Virus record (IMG/VR): IMGVR_UViG_3300025110_000090
Location: 1-28,494 of that record
DNA length: 28,494 nt
Origin: a virus
Taxonomy: Duplodnaviria; Caudoviricetes
Strand: one strand, 5' to 3'
Translations under genes and position numbers: made by a program
In this document: positions 16,591 to 25,292 of the stretch, piece after piece
Position numbering within the stretch: the first letter of the stretch is position 1
How the letters are laid out: every line of letters starts with the position of its first letter
Notes under the pieces: model-generated
The model's input: the letters and a program-made list of their open reading frames with translations, nothing else
Database searches by the model: none
Told to the model about the DNA's origin: nothing

Positions 16591-16967
16591 TGGCTTCTTT
16601 TAAGAAATTTAATTTACCTTTTGGTAATACCAATTATCCAAGCAGTGGTGAGGTGACTATATACACTCAAACTGCCGCCCAATCTAGTGTCGTAGTAGGA
16701 CTTTCTGTTTCTAATAAGACTGAATTTGATTTGCCTTGCGATGTTTGGATTCTTAAAGGTGGTGGATCTACAAAACATTACTTAGCTAAATCACGCAGAG
16801 TCCCAGCAGGTGAAACAGTTCAATTAATTGATAGTGGACAAAAATTGGTTTTAAGCGCTGATTCAAGTGTGAACGACGTTGTTAAAGTCAATGCTCCTAC
16901 TCTTGATGGTGGATCTGCGACCACTTTTAGCTGTTGGTTATCTATTTACGAGGATGTTAACTCATGA
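16590..16967 (+). CDS. Virion structural protein
   Basis: IYT.....SVVVGLSVSN...HYLAK...VPAG....L...KLVL; coupled to neighbours. Confidence 0.6.
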   Translation: MASFKKFNLPFGNTNYPSSGEVTIYTQTAAQSSVVVGLSVSNKTEFDLPCDVWILKGGGSTKHYLAKSRRVPAGETVQLIDSGQKLVLSADSSVNDVVKVNAPTLDGGSATTFSCWLSIYEDVNS

Positions 16968-17251
16968 GTCTCGATGCTATTACGCTTCTTAAGGAAGTTG
17001 AAACTCCAGGTATTATTGAATTTCCTGAACCGACTGGTAAAGTCGCTTATGGATTTAAATTTGACATTGCAACTGGAGCCTTTGATGTGGAACGCTTAGA
17101 CGGCGATTCAGATTTTATTAAGCTCCAAGACGATAATATAATAAGTAATGACGACTATGTGCAAGTGGTTTGGTCTAACAAACTTCTAAACTTTAGTTGG
17201 CCCACGACCGCTGGCGTTTATCCAGGACATTTACAAGTTGAAATCGTATGA
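16964..17251 (+). CDS. Small acidic virion/tail protein
   Basis: Overlapping ATGA junctions on both sides; ends GHLQVEI. Confidence 0.6.
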   Translation: MSLDAITLLKEVETPGIIEFPEPTGKVAYGFKFDIATGAFDVERLDGDSDFIKLQDDNIISNDDYVQVVWSNKLLNFSWPTTAGVYPGHLQVEIV

Positions 17252-18270
17252 GCACCATTATTGATCTTGGTAAACTCCGCTTTTTATTTCGGGGCGTTTA
17301 CAGCGCAGCCACTAACTACGAACTGAATGACGTAGTTACTTACGGTGGTAATGCATATGTCTACATCAACAGAATTGCTGGTGCAGGCACTGTACCTAGT
17401 ACTACTAGTCATTGGTCTAGTATGGTCGATGGTCTGAGCGATCAGGTCGACTATGACAATGCAACCACTTACCATAAAAATGACTTAGTAAAAGTTAGTG
17501 GTCGTGTTTATAGAGCTTTACAGACAACCGTAGGAAATATACCTCCTAATGCAACTTATTGGGTTTTATTCTTAGACGCATTCAAATACAAAGGTGATTG
17601 GGATGCTGCAACTGCTTATAAAATCAATGATATTGTCGTTCAAAGCGGCTTAAGTTATATAGCAACTGCAAACTCAACCAACGAAGAGCCTCCTAATGCT
17701 TCTTATTGGACAGTATTTACTGAAGGATTCAAGGTAAAAGGTGTCTATGCAGGAGGTACAACATACCAGTTAAACGATCTTGTTGAGTCTGGTGGTAATG
17801 TTTGGAGATGCAAGGCGAAGACTGTAGGCAATGAGATGCCTAATGCAACTTATTGGGATTTATATATTCAAGCATTAAATCAAAGAGGTAATTGGACAAC
17901 TACAACTGTTTATAAAAAAGATGATGTTGTTACTCATTTAGGTCAAACTTATAGATGTGCAACTAATCACACAGCAGGAGCTAGTTTCTTAACAGACTTT
18001 ACTGGTAATAACTATTGGGTTAGATTTTCTAGTGGTCAGTATTATCGTGGTGGGTATGCTGATGCAACTCAATACTTTAAGAATGATTTGGTTACAACAG
18101 GTTCTGCACCAAACTTGAATTTATATATGAATATCAATGACCACTTATCAAACGGAGCCAATATTACCGATGGTACTGAAGTAGCTAATTGGCAGACAAT
18201 TATTACTGGACAATTTACAACTAGTTCTATCTTTATTGCACAATCATATTTCTTTGGAACAATGAACTGA
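17248..18270 (+). CDS. Tail fibre-like protein with about seven CBM5/12-like repeats
   Basis: Starts IDLGKLRF; tandem G.(Y/W)...T.Y..ND(V/L)V...G..Y...P....YW repeats. Confidence 0.7.
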   Translation: MSTIIDLGKLRFLFRGVYSAATNYELNDVVTYGGNAYVYINRIAGAGTVPSTTSHWSSMVDGLSDQVDYDNATTYHKNDLVKVSGRVYRALQTTVGNIPPNATYWVLFLDAFKYKGDWDAATAYKINDIVVQSGLSYIATANSTNEEPPNASYWTVFTEGFKVKGVYAGGTTYQLNDLVESGGNVWRCKAKTVGNEMPNATYWDLYIQALNQRGNWTTTTVYKKDDVVTHLGQTYRCATNHTAGASFLTDFTGNNYWVRFSSGQYYRGGYADATQYFKNDLVTTGSAPNLNLYMNINDHLSNGANITDGTEVANWQTIITGQFTTSSIFIAQSYFFGTMN

Positions 18271-18434
18271 TGCCTTTATTTAAGAAAGCTCAAAGAGCGG
18301 AACAGAAAAAATTAGAAATAATAGACAAAAGAACAGATAAGGCTAATACTCGTGCGATGAAACGAGCTAGGACAACTATGAGTAATCTACGTAAACGTGT
18401 AGAACGCAACGGAGACTTTGGCATCGGACCTTAA
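18270..18434 (+). CDS. Small basic protein (54 aa), absent from ORF track
   Basis: TGATG overlap; MPLFKKAQRAEQKKLEIIDKRTDKANTRAMKRARTTMSNLRKRVERNGDFGIGP*. Confidence 0.55.
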   Translation: MPLFKKAQRAEQKKLEIIDKRTDKANTRAMKRARTTMSNLRKRVERNGDFGIGP

Positions 18435-18524
18435 GCGTCTTACAGGAAGAGACATCAAGATTAAATAGCCTCTATACTAAAGTGACGAGGCAGTTCAACT
18501 GCCCACCTGTTTTATAGAGATCGT

Positions 18525-18863
18525 ATGGCCTCGGGAGTAAAAGGTAGTTTAAAGCCGGCTGGTGGCGCACCGGATTTAACCAATGCCTACAAATTATTTG
18601 GTGCCTCTGCAACAACAACTGTGATAGTTTCTGCTTGTAATCAAGCGGCAACTCCAGATACTATTCGTATTGCAGTAGTTGATTCTGGAACAACAGCAAC
18701 TTCAGGTGCAATCGACGCTAAGTATTACGTTGAATACGACTATTCATTGTCTGGTAATTCAGCAATGGAAAGAACTGGTATCACTGTTGAAAATACTGGT
18801 CGAGTAATTGTCGGTAGTGGATCGGGAAATGTTTCCTTCTCCGCTTACGGCATTGAAACTTGA
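18525..18863 (+). CDS. Virion structural protein
   Basis: VSACNQ...IRIAV...YVEYD.......ERTGI...VSFSAYGIE motif common in phage tail modules. Confidence 0.65.
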   Translation: MASGVKGSLKPAGGAPDLTNAYKLFGASATTTVIVSACNQAATPDTIRIAVVDSGTTATSGAIDAKYYVEYDYSLSGNSAMERTGITVENTGRVIVGSGSGNVSFSAYGIET

Positions 18864-18893
18864 TAAGGAGCTGTCACTACAGGAGGTATAACT

Positions 18894-19220
18894 ATGGGTA
18901 GAAAACTTTCTTTTGACGGCATAGCAGGAGCTGAAGCAGATTGGACTGCTAAAACTTCTGCCTATAACGCCGTTGTTGGTGATGCATTACTGCTGGATGC
19001 CTCTGGCGGTGCGTTCACTATCACTCTCCCGGCTGCTGCGGTCGAAGATGATTACATTGATTTTGCAGATGCAACAGGACATCTAAAAGATAACAATGTA
19101 ACTCTTGCAAGAAACGGACTCAATATTATGGGTGCTGCGGAAGATTTGGTTGTTGATACTAAAAACATTGGATTTAGACTTACTTATTACAACGCTGCTC
19201 AAGGCTGGAGGGTAACTTAA
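18894..19220 (+). CDS. Tail fibre adaptor-like protein
   Basis: DASGGAFTITLPA...D.IDFAD....NNVTLARNG.NIMG..EDLV.......L.Y....GW, a fibre repeat unit. Confidence 0.7.
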   Translation: MGRKLSFDGIAGAEADWTAKTSAYNAVVGDALLLDASGGAFTITLPAAAVEDDYIDFADATGHLKDNNVTLARNGLNIMGAAEDLVVDTKNIGFRLTYYNAAQGWRVT

Positions 19221-20456
19221 ATGGCAACTTTATCGAGCCTAGTAGGGGGATCAAGTGGTGGCTTTACTGATGGAGCTAGAAATACCACTGAAATGTGGAA
19301 TGTTTGGAAGAGTGGAGGATACACATGGACTGTACCTACCAATTTTGATAATAGCGTTTCAGTAAAGGTTTACTGCTGGGGATGTGGTGGTAATTCTGGT
19401 CAGGACGACAGCTCAGGAAACTCCTACGGAGGAGGAGGTGGTGGACTAGCTATCAAAGAGGTAACTGGTTTATCTGCTGGAGATACAGTCGCTGTCACTA
19501 TTGGAGAAGCTGGTCATCAGACTCATAACTCCAGAGGAGGAATTACTTCTTTTGGATCTCATTGCTCCGCAAACGGAGGCAATGATGGAGAGAACACTTC
19601 TACTCCTCCTAGTAACCCTAATTCCACTGGAGAAAATAGCAATCCTCAACAAAACGTAAACAGTGGTTATGGGCAAGGTGGTGTAGGAGTTGGAGGCGAT
19701 ATAAACAGAAGAGGTGGTCAAGGTGGTGTAGGAAGTAATAACCCAGGTTCAGGCGGTGGTGGTGGAGGTGCATCAGCTCCAAATCCACAAGGACATAAAG
19801 ACGGATATAGAGGAGGTCATTGGGATAGTTACTCAGGAGGTAGTGGAGCTTCTATTAACTTCCCTGGTACAAGACCTTATACCTCTTACACTGGAGCTGC
19901 AGGTGCAGGTACAGCCCAAATGGGCTCTTCTAACAGATGGTCTGCTACTACTTACAGAGCACACGCAGGGCAAGGAGGAGCAGGCTTGAATGGTGCAGGA
20001 GGTCGTGGTGCTACTGCAAATACTTACAGCAACGCTTGGATGTGGGTTTGCCCAGCAGTTGATGGACATGGTACCGCAATATGGGGAGCTAACCACATCT
20101 TCTTAGGTGGTGGTGGTGGTGGTGCCGGTTGTTCTACTAAGCAATCGTCTGAAAGAGCAGGGAGTAACGGAGGTTGTGGCGGACCAGGAGCAGGTGGCGG
20201 TGCAGTCCATTCTTACGAGAGTTCCAACGACGTAGCGTGGTGGACAGGAGGAACTGGAGGAGTCCTTGGCGGCGGCGGCGGTGGCGGTCAATATTGTACT
20301 GGTGGATCAGGAGGTAATGCTGGCGGTGCTGGTGCTAGCGGTTACGACGGAAGAGTCGGAGGCAATCAACAAAGCGGTAGCAGTAGCGGAACCGATTGGT
20401 GGGGTTCTCAGAGAGGCGGCGATGGTCTCATCTTTATTCAATACAAAGTTACTTAA
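19221..20456 (+). CDS. Glycine-rich tail fibre / receptor-binding protein 1
   Basis: TWTVP...VYCWGCGG...GGGGG...TSFGSHCSANGG; extensive Gly-rich repeats; ends GGDGLIFIQY. Confidence 0.75.
   Translation: MATLSSLVGGSSGGFTDGARNTTEMWNVWKSGGYTWTVPTNFDNSVSVKVYCWGCGGNSGQDDSSGNSYGGGGGGLAIKEVTGLSAGDTVAVTIGEAGHQTHNSRGGITSFGSHCSANGGNDGENTSTPPSNPNSTGENSNPQQNVNSGYGQGGVGVGGDINRRGGQGGVGSNNPGSGGGGGGASAPNPQGHKDGYRGGHWDSYSGGSGASINFPGTRPYTSYTGAAGAGTAQMGSSNRWSATTYRAHAGQGGAGLNGAGGRGATANTYSNAWMWVCPAVDGHGTAIWGANHIFLGGGGGGAGCSTKQSSERAGSNGGCGGPGAGGGAVHSYESSNDVAWWTGGTGGVLGGGGGGGQYCTGGSGGNAGGAGASGYDGRVGGNQQSGSSSGTDWWGSQRGGDGLIFIQYKVT
19604..19726 (+). repeat. 123-bp dispersed direct repeat, copy 1
   Basis: Matches 21323-21445 at 114/123 positions without gaps (manual count). 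Confidence 0.9.
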
Positions 20457-20469
20457 GGAGGTATGACTA

Positions 20470-20901
20470 ATGGCTAAATGGGCTCTAATGGATGGGAACA
20501 ATGTTCTAGACGTGTGGGATTCAAAGCCCACCGCCTTGGTTCATCCTGACATTTTGAAAGAATGTGTCACAGTACCAGCCACTGTGAAAGCGGGAGATGT
20601 TAAGGATCCAGCGAAGGGTACTTACGCAGCTCCTGTTAAACCAACACCGTCGGTACAACCTGACATCAGAAATTTCAATAAAACCGATTTCTTCAGATGT
20701 CTAACAGCAGCAGAAAGAACGAAATATAGAAATATTATCAAAACAGATGATGATCTGGCTGATTTTGACGATACGTTTAATTACTCACCGAAACAAATAG
20801 TTGATACTGAAGTACAAGCAGATTTGGATTCACTGGTATCAAAGTCAATCATTAGTTCTGCTACAAAAACAAAAATTGACAATCTTGGCAAGGTGGCGTA
20901 A
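20470..20901 (+). CDS. Fibre-associated chaperone-like protein 1
   Basis: Follows fibre 1; paralog of 22205-22687 (HPD, VP..VK.G, LT.AER). Confidence 0.6.
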   Translation: MAKWALMDGNNVLDVWDSKPTALVHPDILKECVTVPATVKAGDVKDPAKGTYAAPVKPTPSVQPDIRNFNKTDFFRCLTAAERTKYRNIIKTDDDLADFDDTFNYSPKQIVDTEVQADLDSLVSKSIISSATKTKIDNLGKVA

Positions 20902-22166
20902 TGACACAGACTTCTTCTATTCTCTTAACATCTGGTGGTGGTGGTAGCGTTGGAACTATCACAGGCCCAAGAAATAAACTGGATCTGTTTGTAGGACCTA
21001 GCCCTGAAAGCGTAAAGGATTCTGGTAACTGGGGTAGTACTGCGGTATACACTTGGACCAAGCCTACCAATATAAAAGCTGATGTGCCTGTCAGAGTATA
21101 TGTTTGGGGAGCTGGTGGTAACTCTGGATGTAACTCGCAGTCTTATGGAGGAGGTGCTGGAGGTTATGCCTACAAAGAAATAGCTGTAGCTTCGGTAGGG
21201 ACAACAGAAACAATTACTTTAGGAATGCCGGCACAGGGTACATCTAGCTCGAGAGGAGCTGCTACTTCCTTTGGTTCTCATTGCTCTGCTAACGCAGGTA
21301 ACGACGGAGCTAATACTAATAATCCTCCTAGTAACCCTAATTCCACTGGAGAAAATACAAATCCTCAAACAAATATAAACAGTGGTTATGGGCAAGGTGG
21401 TGTAGGAGTTGGAGGAGATATCAATAGAAGAGGTGGTCAAGGTGGCTACTCTCACTCATGCAACCCTGGAAGTGGCTCAGGTGCGGGTGGTGGAGGTGGT
21501 GTTGCACCTCAAATCACATTAGGCCATAAAGATGGTGGACGTGGTGGTTCTGGATATTCCAGCTACCAAAGTGGTAGTGGCGGATCTATACATTTTCACG
21601 GAGCTGTGCAATACGATAGTTGGAGTGGAGGTCCCGGTGGAGCAGGGACAGCGGGCGAGGGATGTGGACAAAGATGGGGAGACGAAAGGAGAAGACGTGC
21701 TGGACAAGGAGGTGCAGGATTATTCGGTGCCGGTGGAAGAGGAGCCGCAATGGATACGTACCAGAACAACGACCAAATGCACCCTGCCGGAGATGGTGGA
21801 CGTGACGGAAAAGGTGGTGCTATTTGGGATCCTAATGGGATCATCCTCGGCGGTGGCGGAGGAGGAGGAGGAGTTAATACCTATATGAGCAGTGGACGAG
21901 CAAGCTCCCCTGCTGGAAATGGCGGCCCAGGTGCTGGCGGTGGTGGAAATCAAGGTTATAACTCGAGTAATAGTTCCCACGAAGGAATTGCTGGAAATGG
22001 CGGAGTTTTAGGTGGTGGTGGCGGTGCAAACCAATACATGTCTCCCGGTAATGGTGGAGCAGGTGCTGGCTCAGGATCTAGTGGATGGGATGGCGAGCAA
22101 AACATGAGGAGGGGTATAGGAGTTGGAGGAAGTGGTATGGTAGTTATTACATATGCCGTCGAGTAA
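20901..22166 (+). CDS. Glycine-rich tail fibre / receptor-binding protein 2
   Basis: Paralog of 19221-20456 with the same motifs; ends GGSGMVVITY. Confidence 0.75.
   Translation: MTQTSSILLTSGGGGSVGTITGPRNKLDLFVGPSPESVKDSGNWGSTAVYTWTKPTNIKADVPVRVYVWGAGGNSGCNSQSYGGGAGGYAYKEIAVASVGTTETITLGMPAQGTSSSRGAATSFGSHCSANAGNDGANTNNPPSNPNSTGENTNPQTNINSGYGQGGVGVGGDINRRGGQGGYSHSCNPGSGSGAGGGGGVAPQITLGHKDGGRGGSGYSSYQSGSGGSIHFHGAVQYDSWSGGPGGAGTAGEGCGQRWGDERRRRAGQGGAGLFGAGGRGAAMDTYQNNDQMHPAGDGGRDGKGGAIWDPNGIILGGGGGGGGVNTYMSSGRASSPAGNGGPGAGGGGNQGYNSSNSSHEGIAGNGGVLGGGGGANQYMSPGNGGAGAGSGSSGWDGEQNMRRGIGVGGSGMVVITYAVE
21323..21445 (+). repeat. 123-bp dispersed direct repeat, copy 2
   Basis: See copy 1; same codon phase. 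Confidence 0.9.
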
Positions 22167-22204
22167 TTAATATAAATTAAAATATAAATAATTAATGATT
22201 TCCC

Positions 22205-22687
22205 ATGGCTAATTACGCGATTATAGATAACGACGTTGTTACAGACGTGTGCGATGTCGATCCTAAAACTAGGTATCATCCTGACTTGGCTAAAGTATTT
22301 GTTTCTGTTCCTAGCAACGTAAAAAATGGCTGGATCAAAACAGGTACAAATACTTTCAAGGCTCCTACACCGATCACTCCTAATCCCAACCCAGCTCCTA
22401 GTGTAGGAAAAGTATCTGTTCATGATCAAAAAATCTGCAAAACAGAAGTCATGCTTGTTTTAACTAGAGCTGAAAGACAAGCATGGAAAGCCAAAATAGG
22501 CAGTGATACTTTGATAGATGCTATTGAAGAAGAGTGGGAGAGTAATAAAGAAACTTGGTTCTCGACTGTCAATGCAACCAATCCATATAAGACTGCCTTA
22601 GCAGATCTAAAAACAAAAGGTGTTATTAGTGATGCAGGAATTACTAAGTTAAAAAATAAATACTTTTTAGACAACGAAAATTTTTAA
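22205..22687 (+). CDS. Fibre-associated chaperone-like protein 2
   Basis: MANYAII...DP..RYHPDL...FVSVP..VKNGW; follows fibre 2. Confidence 0.6.
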   Translation: MANYAIIDNDVVTDVCDVDPKTRYHPDLAKVFVSVPSNVKNGWIKTGTNTFKAPTPITPNPNPAPSVGKVSVHDQKICKTEVMLVLTRAERQAWKAKIGSDTLIDAIEEEWESNKETWFSTVNATNPYKTALADLKTKGVISDAGITKLKNKYFLDNENF

Positions 22688-22735
22688 TTTAAAAAGCAAC
22701 ATAAGAAGTTAATTGCTAAGGTTTGTAAAAAACCA

Positions 22736-23437
22736 ATGGAAGAACTTGAAGTTTTTTGTAATAGAGAACAGAAATATGCTGTTGTTGACAATGCGGTACC
22801 ACTAGATATCTTTGAAGATTTTCAAGGGTTTTTCATGTCTGGAAAACCTGAATGGACTATAAGCACTAAAACGGCTGGAGCGCCTGACTTGTATAAAAAT
22901 AAAGAATATGGGAAAAATATACGTGTTTGTGAAGCTGACCGTGAATTAAATAACCTCCAAGGGAACATCATATTACTAGGTGATCCCTTGCAAAATATTT
23001 ACTTTGGCGAAATGAATGAGGCATTCATAGCTCGCATTCATTTATATCATTCTCTGATGAAGTCTTTGTGCAATATCCTTAATCCTTTAGCTCTAATCAG
23101 AATTAAAATTAATGCAACTTTCAATAGTTCTAAAGTCGTCGAATTAGGCTATCACCAAGACAGGGTAGGTGATGGAGATGAATTTAATCATATGATGAAT
23201 GCTTGTTTCTACGTCAATACTTGTGATGGTTATACACGCTTCCTAGATCGAAATGGAGACAAAGGAGACAAAGTTAAAAGCGTTGCTAATCGATTAGTCT
23301 ATTTTCCTAATTCAGTTAAGCATGCAGGTACAACCACTAGTAATGCAAAGGCTAGATATGTAGTAAACATCAACTATGTTCCTAGGTTTAAATGTCCTTG
23401 TCATGAATTTTTAGGAAAAGAATTCATGCTAAATTAA
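22736..23437 (+). CDS. 2OG-Fe(II) oxygenase superfamily protein
   Basis: LIRIKIN, YHQD, FYVNTCDGYT, VKSVANRLVYF, KHAGTT, RYVVNINY. Confidence 0.85.
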   Translation: MEELEVFCNREQKYAVVDNAVPLDIFEDFQGFFMSGKPEWTISTKTAGAPDLYKNKEYGKNIRVCEADRELNNLQGNIILLGDPLQNIYFGEMNEAFIARIHLYHSLMKSLCNILNPLALIRIKINATFNSSKVVELGYHQDRVGDGDEFNHMMNACFYVNTCDGYTRFLDRNGDKGDKVKSVANRLVYFPNSVKHAGTTTSNAKARYVVNINYVPRFKCPCHEFLGKEFMLN

Positions 23438-23462
23438 AGATTAATAGACCTTATGATTACAG

Positions 23463-24239
23463 ATGTCGACAATTTTACCTCCTATAGGATTGCCTTATTT
23501 TCCTGATGGGGTTCCAGGGGAGGGAAGAATGCCAAGTAGACCTAGGGGAGAAGATCAGTACGGCCCTGGAGATGAAATGCCTCCATACGAGCCTGGTCTG
23601 CCTCGTCCTAAGAAGCCTGGTCGACCAGACTATCCAGGAGAAGGAAGACCTAAGCCTCCTGAAATGGACGAAGTTGACATTTTCCTAAACAATGCATACC
23701 TAAGAAATTTAGATAGACAGATAGATGATGAAGGTAAAAAGTACTGGGGAGATGAAATTCGTAGCGGTAGAGCTACTAAAGACGATGTTATAGGCAATCT
23801 TCGTAGGTCAGACGAATATAGCGGCGTTGTGGAAAATTTCTTAACTGATGCTTACAGAAATAACCTAGGAAGAGAAGCTGATACTGAAGGCTTTGATTAC
23901 TGGGCTAATGAGTTGAAGTCAGGAAAGATGGATCGAGATCAAGTTTATAGTGCGATCAAAGGATCTAAAGAAGCTGAAGAATACAGAAAGACAAGGCCAC
24001 CAGAAGATGACATGGTTAGACCTATGCCTATACCTGACAGAGATCTGCCCCCAGTGAGCGACGAGAAGCCAAAGATAGATAAGCCAAGGATGGGGTCACC
24101 TACTGGAATTACAGCAGTCAAAGCAGCTTTAGAACGTGACAATGCAGACAGGAGTGATGAAGAAAAAGAAGGTCAAATGAGATCTGCAGCTTTGATAGGT
24201 AGAGTTCTAGGAGGAAGTGGATTACTTGGACGAGGCTAG
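23463..24239 (+). CDS. Pro-rich protein with two DUF4214-like domains
   Basis: FLNNAYLRNLDRQIDDEGKKYW...SDEY and FLTDAYRNNLGREADTEGFDYW...SKE, flanked by Pro-rich arms. Confidence 0.7.
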   Translation: MSTILPPIGLPYFPDGVPGEGRMPSRPRGEDQYGPGDEMPPYEPGLPRPKKPGRPDYPGEGRPKPPEMDEVDIFLNNAYLRNLDRQIDDEGKKYWGDEIRSGRATKDDVIGNLRRSDEYSGVVENFLTDAYRNNLGREADTEGFDYWANELKSGKMDRDQVYSAIKGSKEAEEYRKTRPPEDDMVRPMPIPDRDLPPVSDEKPKIDKPRMGSPTGITAVKAALERDNADRSDEEKEGQMRSAALIGRVLGGSGLLGRG

Positions 24240-24285
24240 CTTCTTTCGAATTCTCAGCTAATCTTTAAAGACACGATTTCTTAAG

Positions 24286-24555
24286 ATGGCTGACAGCATG
24301 AACCCTCGACGTAGGGTAAGGAATAATCAGAATAGATCTGATTTTATGAGTTATTTATATGATTTATATAAAAGAAATAATGCTCCTATTCCTAAAAGAA
24401 ATACGTATACAGGATTAGCCGAGACTTACGCTAAGCATGTAGGGATGCAAGAGATAGAACGTCAAGTAGATTTATGGCATGACGAAAAAACAAGAGATCA
24501 AATAAAAGCATCTAATATTGCTAGACCTGTTAGCCTTGAATACGATGAAGCTTAG
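24286..24555 (+). CDS. Hypothetical cyanophage protein
   Basis: RSDFMSYLYDLY.R...TYTGL; -10-like TAATCT upstream. Confidence 0.6.
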   Translation: MADSMNPRRRVRNNQNRSDFMSYLYDLYKRNNAPIPKRNTYTGLAETYAKHVGMQEIERQVDLWHDEKTRDQIKASNIARPVSLEYDEA

Positions 24556-24790
24556 ACAATATCCTCCTGTCCCTGAAAGGATTCCTATTAGTAGTAATGA
24601 TCAAAAAATTACTGCTGTTGTCTCAACAAGAGACTATCTTTTAAGATTAACATCACCCAAGGAAACTCCAAGGATTCCTTTAGAAGTCAGAAGAGAAGCG
24701 AGAACTTTATTAAGGCATTATCCTTTACCTACAGAAATGAAAGCAATAATGAAAGATTTCTATAGCAAGGAAAAGCAAACATCAGGCTAA
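24545..24790 (+). CDS. BPSL0761-like small protein
   Basis: AVVSTRDYLLRL...TPRIP.EVRREARTLLRHYP; start reassigned to ATG 24545. Confidence 0.6.
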   Translation: MKLRQYPPVPERIPISSNDQKITAVVSTRDYLLRLTSPKETPRIPLEVRREARTLLRHYPLPTEMKAIMKDFYSKEKQTSG

Positions 24791-24864
24791 CGTACTGGCA
24801 CAAGCCTCTTAAAACATTACATTTTGTATATAAAATAAGAAATGTTATTACAAAAACTTATTTC

Positions 24865-25236
24865 GTGCTAAAGACTCTTTATAGCGCTGCTGCTTTAACT
24901 TTAATAGCTGCTCCTGCTACTCTTGCAGGTCCTTATATAAACGCTGAAACTAACGGAAGTTGGACAGATAAAAAGTACACAAACGCCACAACAGACCTTC
25001 ATATAGGTTATGCAGGTGCTAATGATACTGGTAAGGTCTCTTATTACGTACAAGGTGGTCCAGCATTCGTAGCTGTTAAGGACGAAGACACTGAAACTCG
25101 TCTTTCAGGAAAAGCTGGCGGAAGCATTGCAGTATCTGATTCTACAGATATCTACGGTGAAGTATCTTTCCTCACAGGTGAAGAAGAAGAAAACTTTGGT
25201 TCTGGTGGAAAGCTAGGCGTTAAGTACAGCTTCTAA
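24865..25236 (+). CDS. Small outer-membrane beta-barrel-like protein with signal peptide
   Basis: Signal peptide ending ATLA/GPY, amphipathic strands, C-terminal KLGVKYSF Bam-type signal. Confidence 0.75.
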   Translation: MLKTLYSAAALTLIAAPATLAGPYINAETNGSWTDKKYTNATTDLHIGYAGANDTGKVSYYVQGGPAFVAVKDEDTETRLSGKAGGSIAVSDSTDIYGEVSFLTGEEEENFGSGGKLGVKYSF

Positions 25237-25252
25237 ATTATAGATTTTCACT

Positions 25253-25290
25253 AAAAACCGTTCATACTGTGCTAAGTATGGGCGGTTTTT
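25253..25290. terminator. Intrinsic terminator, possibly bidirectional
   Basis: AAAAACCGTTCATACT-gtgcta-AGTATGGGCGGTTTTT. Confidence 0.8.
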
Positions 25291-25292
25291 AT

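Noticed and set aside
19604-21445. Diversity-generating retroelement TR/VR pair
   Set aside because: Mismatches are not adenine-specific in one copy, both copies are mid-gene, and no reverse transcriptase is in the window.
19470-22674. Many alternative-frame and antisense ORFs over the fibre genes
   Set aside because: Shadow ORFs caused by Gly-rich GGN codon bias; no independent support.
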